Below are positions 17,293 through 24,000 of a stretch of 24,000 nucleotides of DNA, one piece after another. The position numbers and the translations under genes are program-made. Each line of letters starts with the position of its first letter. Within the stretch, counting starts at the first letter, position 1. Under the pieces are notes generated by a model. The model searched no databases and was not told where the DNA came from. It saw nothing but the letters and a program-made list of their open reading frames with translations. Source of the stretch: Acetoanaerobium pronyense (lineage in GTDB: Bacteria > Bacillota > Clostridia > Peptostreptococcales > Filifactoraceae); contig NZ_JAGGLI010000033.1 in assembly GCF_017874355.1 (NCBI RefSeq), positions 8,510 through 32,509 on the forward strand. The letters run 5' to 3'.

Positions 17293-17880
17293 ATGAATGA
17301 TATGATAGATATAGGCTTAATCGTGAATAAGCTTAGAAAAGAAAAAAAAATCACATTAAAAGAATTGAGTGAAAAATCAGGTTTATCTACAGGTTTTCTG
17401 TCACAGTTTGAGCGAGGAATGACTACAATTGCAGTAGACTCACTTATGATAATTGCAAAGATTTTAGATGTAGATTTAGATGTATTTTTTGAAAAAAAAA
17501 CAACAAACACAAATAACGAAAGTCTTATAAGAAGCTACGATAGGGAAGTATCCTCAGTTAATTCTAAGTATATTCAGTTTAATCTAGTGAGGGATTTAGT
17601 AAAAGCCGAATTTTTGCCTAGAATATATGAAATTCTACCATCAAAATATGATTCAAAAGCTACTGAAAATTATGTCCATGAAGGTGTAGAATTTATATTT
17701 GTACTTGAAGGAGTACTTACTATGCATGTGAAAAATAAGGATTTTGAAATGTATCCAGAAGATAGTATATATTTGGATTCCAAAACACCACATAATTGGG
17801 AAAATAATACAAACAAGGTAGTTAGAATACTCACAGTAAACTATCCAAACCCATATCTTAATTCCAAAAAAAACTTTTAA
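17293..17880 (+). CDS. XRE-family HTH transcriptional regulator with C-terminal cupin sensor domain
   Basis: 195 aa. HTH_3 'LRKEKKITLKELSEKSGLSTGFLSQFERG' plus the cupin 'HEGVEFIFVLEGVLTM...PHNWEN'. SD GGGAGA. It starts 29 nt after the proC stop. Confidence 0.8.
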   Translation: MNDMIDIGLIVNKLRKEKKITLKELSEKSGLSTGFLSQFERGMTTIAVDSLMIIAKILDVDLDVFFEKKTTNTNNESLIRSYDREVSSVNSKYIQFNLVRDLVKAEFLPRIYEILPSKYDSKATENYVHEGVEFIFVLEGVLTMHVKNKDFEMYPEDSIYLDSKTPHNWENNTNKVVRILTVNYPNPYLNSKKNF

Positions 17881-17887
17881 AAATAGC

Positions 17888-17912
17888 TGCCTAGCTCTAT
17901 GTAAGCTAGGCA
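17888..17912. terminator. 9-bp hairpin between convergent XRE-cupin and recQ genes
   Basis: TGCCTAGCT (17888..17896) / AGCTAGGCA (17904..17912). A U-rich tail exists only in the minus-strand reading (GCTATTTTT), so it fits recQ termination better. Confidence 0.45.
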
Positions 17913-18014
17913 ACCATAAAAAACATATCCAAAATATCTACCAAAAATTTGGAGCAACTGATAGAAGTAGTTACAAGGGGATATATATTAAAGGGGCTTC
18001 AAAGGTCGTTCATA

Positions 18015-19823
18015 CTACATCTTGGATTCCTTAATTATGTCAATAAACCCTTCGCCATAATTTTCATACTTCTTATCACCTACGCCCTTTATTTCTAAGA
18101 AGGACTCTTTATTCACTGGCAGATAGGCCGCCATTTCTTTTAACGCTATATCGTGAAATATAACATATGGAGGTAGCCCTTTTTCTTGGGCTATCTTGTA
18201 TCTATATTGCTTTAGCTTTTCAAATAGCTCTATATCAAAGTCTATATTTCCACCTTTTATAGATTTACTAGCTTTCTCTTTTTCATCTTTCTTTTGTAAT
18301 AAATGTTTTTTATGATGGAGCTTAGTTTTTCCGCTCAGTACATCTGCAGATTTGCTGGTTAATTTTAGCACTGGGTATTTATCATGAGTCATATGAATAT
18401 ATCCACTTGATACCAGTGTCATGATTATCTCGCTGATAGCACTATCACTGTACTCCTTCATTATTCCATAGGTGGATACATTATCTAATCTAGCCTCTAA
18501 TACTTTTTTATTCTTTGACCCCCTAAGTACCTGTATCACCATGTTGGCTCCATATCTTTGACTTACCCTATATATGCAAGAAAGTATTTTCTGAGCTTCT
18601 AAAGTAATATCCATCATTTCCGAGCTATCTATACAGTTACTGCAGTTTTTGCATTTATCATTTGCAAAGTCCTCATCAAAATAATTTAGTATTTGATTTC
18701 TAAGACAGTCATTTGTATTGCAGTAATTAACTAGGTACTGCAAATTTTTGTACAGTATCTCTTGCCTTTTAGGGTCTATATCGTTGTTTTGAATCATGAG
18801 CTTTTGCTTTACTATATCTGAAGCAGAATAAAGTAAAATACAATCGCTTTTTTCTCCATCACGGCCTGCTCTTCCTGCCTCTTGGTAATAGGCTTCCATA
18901 TTTTTCGGCATGTTGTAGTGGATTACAAATCTAACATCTGGCTTATCTATTCCCATACCAAAAGCATTGGTTGCAACTATAATCCTTTTATTCCCAAGTA
19001 TAAAATCATCTTGATTCTTTTGGCGTTCCTCTGAGTTCATTCCCCCATGATATCCCACTGCCGAAAATCCCTTGTCACTTAAAACCTTAACCAGTGACTC
19101 AACTGACTTTCGAGTCGAGCAGTAAACTATCCCAGACTCAGTTTTAAAATTTTCATTTAGATACTCAATTAAAAATTTGGATTTATTGCTAACTTTTAGC
19201 ACCTGATAATAGAGATTTGGTCTATCAAAACCAGTAGTGACCTCTATAGGATTTCTCAGCCCTATAAGGCGATTAATTTCCTTAATGATTTCTTTGGTTG
19301 CAGTCGCCGTAAATGCTGCTACTGCTGGTCTTTGCTTTAAGGAATTAATAAATCTAGGAATCTCAAGATAGCTAGGCCTAAAATCATGCCCCCACTGACT
19401 GATACAGTGAGCCTCATCTACTGCCACAAGAGATATCCTTATATCCTTAACCAGATTTATAAAAGAGTCAGTATTTAATCTTTCAGGCGCAACATAAACT
19501 ATCTTGTAGCTATTACCTCGTATACCCTCTAATATCTGCAAAAACTCATCGTTATCAAGAGTGCTATTTATAAATGCCGCATTTATCCCTAGTTCATTTA
19601 ATGAATCCACTTGATCCTTCATAAGAGATATAAGCGGAGATATAACTATAGTAATTCCATCAAGTGCTATAGCCGGAAGCTGATAGCAGATAGATTTTCC
19701 TCCACCAGTTGGCATAATTCCTAGAGCATCTCTTCCTTTTATTATACTTTCTATCAATTTGTCTTGACCATTTCTAAACTCGTCATAGCCAAAATAGGTT
19801 TTTAAAATATTTTGTAAGTCCAT
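18015..19823 (-). CDS. recQ: ATP-dependent DNA helicase RecQ
   Basis: 602 aa. 'FGYDEFRNGQ', Walker A 'MPTGGGKS', DEAH box 'VDEAHCISQWGHDFRP', the Zn-binding Cys cluster (C..C..CKNCSNC), and the RQC plus C-terminal HRDC domain (YVIFHDIALKEMA). Confidence 0.92.
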   Translation of the reverse strand: MDLQNILKTYFGYDEFRNGQDKLIESIIKGRDALGIMPTGGGKSICYQLPAIALDGITIVISPLISLMKDQVDSLNELGINAAFINSTLDNDEFLQILEGIRGNSYKIVYVAPERLNTDSFINLVKDIRISLVAVDEAHCISQWGHDFRPSYLEIPRFINSLKQRPAVAAFTATATKEIIKEINRLIGLRNPIEVTTGFDRPNLYYQVLKVSNKSKFLIEYLNENFKTESGIVYCSTRKSVESLVKVLSDKGFSAVGYHGGMNSEERQKNQDDFILGNKRIIVATNAFGMGIDKPDVRFVIHYNMPKNMEAYYQEAGRAGRDGEKSDCILLYSASDIVKQKLMIQNNDIDPKRQEILYKNLQYLVNYCNTNDCLRNQILNYFDEDFANDKCKNCSNCIDSSEMMDITLEAQKILSCIYRVSQRYGANMVIQVLRGSKNKKVLEARLDNVSTYGIMKEYSDSAISEIIMTLVSSGYIHMTHDKYPVLKLTSKSADVLSGKTKLHHKKHLLQKKDEKEKASKSIKGGNIDFDIELFEKLKQYRYKIAQEKGLPPYVIFHDIALKEMAAYLPVNKESFLEIKGVGDKKYENYGEGFIDIIKESKM

Positions 19824-19910
19824 ATCCTTACCTCACTTTTTAGCTCTACTAAAAGATATGTTACTTGAATGTATCTTTTTTCATCTTCTTCTACAGCTAT
19901 AAAGTCTTTT

Positions 19911-19976
19911 GTACAAGACTTTTGTGTGCTATTTTTCGCTTTAGTCTTTTATATAAGACTTTTTTCATGGAATTGT
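19911..19976. repeat. two related palindromic hairpins (AGTCTTTT-N-AAGACTTTT) about 42 bp apart, upstream of recQ
   Basis: AAAGTCTT (19911..19918) / AAGACTTT (19925..19932), and AGTCTT (19953..19958) / AAGACT (19965..19970). Each is followed by a T-run on the plus strand. Confidence 0.4.
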
Positions 19977-20061
19977 TTATAACTTCAATATATCGGATTC
20001 AAACTGTTTTTTGAAACTAATTTAACTTCTATCGAAAACCCTTCCTCATATAAAATAGCTT

Positions 20062-20541
20062 TTATTTATGATAAGGCTCCCCCTTAATTATCCTAAATCC
20101 CCTATACACCTGCTCCAGCAGTATCACCTTCATCAGCTGGTGTGGAAATGTCATCTTTGAAAATGAGAGCTTGTAGTCTGCTCTTTTCATTACGCTGTCG
20201 CTCAGTCCAAGGGAGCCTCCTATTACGAAGGTGATGTGGCTTTTTCCTGATATTGCAAGGTCTTGCATCTTAGCAGCCAGTTCTTCTGATGATATCATCT
20301 TTCCTTCTATGGCTAGTGCTATGAGATATGTATTTTCTTTGACGTGGGCTAGTATCTTTTCCCCTTCTTTGTCCTTTATCATCTGCATTTCTTTGTCACT
20401 TAGAGTCTCTGGGGCCTTTTCGTCACTTACTTCAACTTGCTCTAGGTTGCAGTATTTTGAAAGCCTTTTTGCAAATTCATCTATACCAAGCTTTATATAT
20501 TTTTCTTTTATTTTTCCCACTGTTATTACCTTTATATTCAT
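20062..20541 (-). CDS. rlmH: 23S rRNA (pseudouridine1915-N3)-methyltransferase RlmH
   Basis: 159 aa. [27 protein letters not shown]...[10 protein letters not shown]...[27 protein letters not shown] is the SPOUT RlmH family along its full length. Confidence 0.92.
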   Translation of the reverse strand: MNIKVITVGKIKEKYIKLGIDEFAKRLSKYCNLEQVEVSDEKAPETLSDKEMQMIKDKEGEKILAHVKENTYLIALAIEGKMISSEELAAKMQDLAISGKSHITFVIGGSLGLSDSVMKRADYKLSFSKMTFPHQLMKVILLEQVYRGFRIIKGEPYHK

Positions 20542-21437
20542 TCCTTGATCACCTCTTTACTCTCGACTATCTCTACAAATTTTCTTGATGCTACTGATAG
20601 GGATACGCTCTTTAGATAGCAAAACCCTATGCTTCTATTTGGTATTTCTTCTTTTAGTTTTATTTCATAGAGTGAGCCGTCCTTCATATAGTCATGGGAG
20701 AATTCTCTGATTACGCATGCTATCCCTAGGTTTATTTTTGCAAACTCCAAAAGTAGGTCATGGGAGCCCAGCTCTATCTCTGGGGTTATCTTCACCCCAT
20801 TTTCCAAAAAGTATTTTTCTATATATTTTCTTGTGTTTGATTTTCCCTCTAAGAGTATGAGCGGTAGACTTGAAAGGTTTAGTATGTCTATAGGGTTCTT
20901 TGCAAGATCTTTGTACTGCTCTCCACATACGAATATGTCCTGCACTGTAAGGCATGGCTTTGACTCTATGGCAGAGTCATCTATCGGAAGGTTGCATATT
21001 GCAATGTCTATCTCCCCGGATTTTAGCATATCACAAAGCTCTAGAGTGGTTCTATTGATTATCTTGAGCTTTATATTTGGATATTTCCTATGAAACATCT
21101 CAAGATAAGGCATGAGAAAATACCTTGAAATGGTATCTCCTACTCCAATCTTTAACTCTCCTATCATCATCCCTTTTGTTTCTTTGAGCTTTTTTTCTCC
21201 TGTGCCAATAAGATTCATGGCGGAGTTTATATATTCAAAGAGGAGCTCTCCTTCGTTTGTAAGGGCTACACCTTTTGGCATCCTAGTAAACAGCCTTACC
21301 TGCAGCTCTCTTTCAAGCTGCATGATGGACTGGCTCACTGCTGGCTGGGTCATATAGAGTTCTTTGGCGGCTTTTGAAAAGCTACCACATTTTGCTACTT
21401 CACAAAATACTTTGTATAAGTCTAGCTTAATCGCCAT
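20538..21437 (-). CDS. LysR-family transcriptional regulator
   Basis: 299 aa. N-terminal wHTH '[33 protein letters not shown]' plus the LysR substrate-binding domain. Its TGA stop overlaps the rlmH ATG (ATGA at 20541..20538). Confidence 0.88.
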   Translation of the reverse strand: MAIKLDLYKVFCEVAKCGSFSKAAKELYMTQPAVSQSIMQLERELQVRLFTRMPKGVALTNEGELLFEYINSAMNLIGTGEKKLKETKGMMIGELKIGVGDTISRYFLMPYLEMFHRKYPNIKLKIINRTTLELCDMLKSGEIDIAICNLPIDDSAIESKPCLTVQDIFVCGEQYKDLAKNPIDILNLSSLPLILLEGKSNTRKYIEKYFLENGVKITPEIELGSHDLLLEFAKINLGIACVIREFSHDYMKDGSLYEIKLKEEIPNRSIGFCYLKSVSLSVASRKFVEIVESKEVIKE

Positions 21438-21552
21438 ATAATCATTCCTTATATATGATATATTGTATATTTATTTCACTTATATCATAAAAATAGTGTA
21501 TAGTACAGATGTATGGAAAAAAATATTTAAAAGTTTGATTATAAGGAGATGT

Positions 21553-22746
21553 ATGATGGAAAGAATAATAGGAACTGTTACTAGAGGACTTCGTACACCT
21601 ATCATAAATGAAGGCGACAATATAACTGATATAGTAGTAGATACAGTAATGAGAGCAGCTGAAATAGAAAAGTTCAATATAAATGATAAAGATATAGTTG
21701 CAATCACTGAATCTGTAGTTGCTAGAGCTCAAGGAAACTATGCAAGCATAGACGCAATAAAAAAGGATGTAAAGACTAAGTTTGAAGATGATACTATAGG
21801 AGTAATATTCCCTATACTTAGCCGTAATCGTTTTGCTATATGTCTTAGAGGTATCGCCAAAGGAGCTAAAAAAATCGTACTAATGCTGAGCTATCCATCT
21901 GATGAGGTTGGAAACCACCTTGTAGATATCGACCTTCTTGATGAAAAAGGGGTAGACCCTTGGAGCGACGTACTTACAGAGGCAGATTTTAGAGAGCATT
22001 TTGGATATATCAACCATACTTTCACAGGTGTTGACTATATAGACTACTACAAGTCACTTGTAGAAGGATATGGGGTAGAGTGCGAGGTTATATTCTCAAA
22101 CAATCCTAAAACTATATTAAAATATACTAGAAGCGTTCTTACTTGCGATATTCACACTAGATTTAGAACTAAGAGAATACTTAAAGCAAATGGAGCTACT
22201 AAGGTATATGGACTTGATGATATACTTTCAACTTCTATAGATGGAAATGGATACAATGAGGATTATGGCCTTCTTGGTTCAAACAAATCTACAGAGCAGA
22301 GCGTAAAGCTGTTTCCTAGAGATTCTAAAGAAGTAGTTGATAAGATACAGGAAAGGCTTAAAGAGCTAACTGGAAAGACAGTAGAAGTAATGATATACGG
22401 AGATGGAGCTTTCAAAGACCCTGTAGGAAAGATATGGGAGCTTGCTGATCCTGTAGTATCTCCTGGGTATACAGCTGGACTTGAAGGTACTCCAAATGAA
22501 GTAAAGATAAAATATCTAGCAGACAATGATTTTGCTCATCTTAAAGGTGAAGAGCTAAAGGCTGCAATACATGAATATATCAAAAACAAAAAAGCTGACC
22601 TTACTGGAGAGATGGCGGCTCAAGGTACTACTCCTAGAAGACTGACTGACCTTATAGGTTCACTTTGCGACCTTACATCAGGAAGCGGAGACAAGGGAAC
22701 TCCTGTAGTATATATCCAAGGATATTTTGACAACTATACTATATAA
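21553..22746 (+). CDS. CofE-like protein (F420-0:gamma-glutamyl ligase family, PF01996-like), function unknown in this context
   Basis: The track start at 21463 lies in the AT-rich promoter region. The SD AAGGAG (21543..21548) precedes ATGATG at 21553 (MMERIIGTVTRGLRTPII...). 'VAITESVVARAQGNY', 'LFPRDSKEVVDKIQERLKELTGKTVEVMIYGDGAFKDP' and the C-terminal 'SGSGDKGTPVVYIQGYF' mirror the CofE motif order. Confidence 0.55.
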   Translation: MMERIIGTVTRGLRTPIINEGDNITDIVVDTVMRAAEIEKFNINDKDIVAITESVVARAQGNYASIDAIKKDVKTKFEDDTIGVIFPILSRNRFAICLRGIAKGAKKIVLMLSYPSDEVGNHLVDIDLLDEKGVDPWSDVLTEADFREHFGYINHTFTGVDYIDYYKSLVEGYGVECEVIFSNNPKTILKYTRSVLTCDIHTRFRTKRILKANGATKVYGLDDILSTSIDGNGYNEDYGLLGSNKSTEQSVKLFPRDSKEVVDKIQERLKELTGKTVEVMIYGDGAFKDPVGKIWELADPVVSPGYTAGLEGTPNEVKIKYLADNDFAHLKGEELKAAIHEYIKNKKADLTGEMAAQGTTPRRLTDLIGSLCDLTSGSGDKGTPVVYIQGYFDNYTI

Positions 22747-22834
22747 GAGATTCAGGTCAGCAATTACCTAGTAATAAAGGTAAATCAAACCTTTTTCAGT
22801 TATTTGCAGGACTTTTTATCAATATTAATTCTAT

Positions 22835-22868
22835 AAAAAAGGATGTGGTAAATTCACATCCTTTTTTT
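22835..22868. terminator. bidirectional intrinsic terminator
   Basis: AAAAAA-GGATGTG (22841..22847), 7-nt loop, CACATCC (22855..22861)-TTTTTTT, between convergent genes. Confidence 0.7.
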
Positions 22869-22881
22869 GATAGATTTTTTA

Positions 22882-24000
22882 TTAAATTTGTTTAACCACA
22901 CCATCAATAAAAAGTTTGACAAGGTCTGGATCAAATCTTGTTCCTGACTCTTCTTTTATCTTCTCTATAGCTTCTTCCTTTGAGAGCGCCTTCTGATACG
23001 GTATTTCTGCCACAAGCTCTTCATAGGCTTCAGCAATTGCTAAAATTCTGGATTCTAGTGGAATCTTTAATTCTTTTAGTCCATCTGGATATCCGCTTCC
23101 ATCCCAGTTTTCATGATGACGGAGTATAATCTCGGCTATAGGCATATATTTTTTTGATGATTTCAAAATCTGATATCCTGCTTCAGAGTGTTTTTTGTAT
23201 TCTGAAAATTCCTCTTCGGTCAATGGCTCTTCTTTATTGAGAAGATTTCTATCTACAAAGTATTTTCCTATATCATGATAATATCCTGCAACCTGAAGCT
23301 TTTCAACTCTTTCTTCATCGAATTCAAGTTCATTTGCAAATAGCCCTAAAATTCTTCTTATTTTCTCACTATGCTCTTTTTCCCAAGCAACTTCATTTGA
23401 TAGCATGTCATATATTTTTTCCACCATCGTGTCTCTATATTCATTGCTTTGATTTGCCTTGTTTTTGTACATATTTTCATCTGCTTTTTTAATTATATCC
23501 TCTATATTTTGCTCTTCCCTAATCTTTGTTTCATACCCTAGTGAAACTGAAATGTCCAGTGAATCCACTTTTTGTTTTTTGAACTCTTCATTTACCCTCT
23601 TTATGAAAGCCTTAGCTTCATCTGTTCCTGTATTTGGCATTAGAAGGGTAAATTCGTCTCCCCCCATTCTGGCAAAGACATCATTTTTTCTAGATTCTTT
23701 AATCACTACATTTGCCACCTTTTGAATCAGTTCATCACCTGATTTATGACCCAGCAAATCATTAAATATCTTTAGTCCGTTTACATCAATCATAACTATT
23801 GTTAAAGGAAGGTTTCTTAGATTATCAAGCCTTTGCAGCTCTTCCTCAAAAAATCTTCTATTGTAAGCACCTGTAAGCTGGTCATGAAAGCTAAGATAAA
23901 GTATATCCTCTTCTTTTTTCTTCCTATCTGTAATATCTGTAATAAAATTAAGGGAGGCTGGTCTATTGTTCCAAGCTATCTTTATTCCCTTTGACTCCAC
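22882..24000 (-). CDS. PAS-GGDEF-HD-GYP signalling protein (partial; N-terminus beyond window end)
   Basis: The ORF is open to the window edge. It shows the end of a PAS domain, then GGDEF (RMGGDEF, 23664..23650) with an RxxD I-site (RKND, 23691..23680) 5 residues upstream, then HD-GYP (YYHDIGK ... HHENWDGSGYP). Confidence 0.85.
   Translation of the reverse strand: MESKGIKIAWNNRPASLNFITDITDRKKKEEDILYLSFHDQLTGAYNRRFFEEELQRLDNLRNLPLTIVMIDVNGLKIFNDLLGHKSGDELIQKVANVVIKESRKNDVFARMGGDEFTLLMPNTGTDEAKAFIKRVNEEFKKQKVDSLDISVSLGYETKIREEQNIEDIIKKADENMYKNKANQSNEYRDTMVEKIYDMLSNEVAWEKEHSEKIRRILGLFANELEFDEERVEKLQVAGYYHDIGKYFVDRNLLNKEEPLTEEEFSEYKKHSEAGYQILKSSKKYMPIAEIILRHHENWDGSGYPDGLKELKIPLESRILAIAEAYEELVAEIPYQKALSKEEAIEKIKEESGTRFDPDLVKLFIDGVVKQI

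Noticed and set aside
19907-19978. 23-codon basic minus-strand ORF (MKKVLYKRLKRKIAHKSLVQKTL) overlapping the two palindromes
   Set aside because: There is no Shine-Dalgarno upstream of the ATG. The apparent peptide repeat is simply the translation of the repeated palindrome.
2725-23725. Antisense ORFs from the track embedded in well-supported genes (2725..2979, 4739..4921, 5260..5508, 6659..6856, 7252..7449, 10210..10449, 10686..10946, 11602..11787, 15048..15353, 15707..16015, 16148..16333, 16624..16872, 17277..17510, 17653..17913, 20231..20548, 20758..20955, 20833..21093, 21112..21357, 21480..21707, 22263..22526, 23459..23725)
   Set aside because: Each lies fully or largely opposite a gene with clear family motifs. 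Their translations are low-complexity (F/L/I/S-rich), no Shine-Dalgarno is seen, and ORFs of this kind are expected by chance in AT-rich DNA.
1-24000. CRISPR arrays, IS/transposon ends, integrases, tRNA/rRNA genes, defence-system genes
   Set aside because: I saw no regularly spaced direct repeats, no transposase/recombinase-like ORFs and no cloverleaf-like GC-rich segments. RecQ is the full-length housekeeping type (with HRDC), not a defence-associated helicase.

Overview
Visibly AT-rich, low-GC Firmicutes (Clostridia-type) chromosomal DNA. Gene content and protein sequences look like a Stickland-fermenting, Peptostreptococcaceae-like anaerobe. I support about 23 protein genes. I saw no rRNA, tRNA, CRISPR array, transposase or integrase. 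Left half (1-12.7 kb): a patchwork of small-molecule-handling genes with their own regulators. It holds a minus-strand alpha/beta-hydrolase / TetR / isochorismatase-like operon with a palindromic operator, a YhdH/AcuI-type reductase, an AraC/GyrI regulator, a Cthe_2159-type beta-helix lipoprotein, a double SRPBCC protein, an ICMT/PEMT-like membrane protein, a second alpha/beta hydrolase, a PaaI thioesterase, a GNAT, a RibD-C/DHFR-family protein, a truncated APH(6)-like kinase and a DsbA/FrnE oxidoreductase. Centre (12.7-17.9 kb): a tightly coupled ppnP / glycyl-radical activase / trans-4-hydroxy-L-proline dehydratase (HypD) / proC cluster, followed by an XRE-cupin regulator. Right (18-24 kb): recQ, LysR-rlmH (ATGA overlap), a CofE-like (F420-0:gamma-glutamyl-ligase-family) protein, and a partial PAS-GGDEF-HD-GYP signalling protein. 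The most interesting observation is a small glutaredoxin/NrdH-like gene (9714..9980, minus) that the ORF track truncates. An in-frame TGA sits at the first Cys position of its CxxC motif (F-U-P-D-C), and a hairpin lies downstream at SECIS-compatible spacing, so it is a candidate UxxC selenoprotein. Several ORF-track starts run over their own Shine-Dalgarno sites and are corrected below. No defence-type or other novel multi-gene system was evident.
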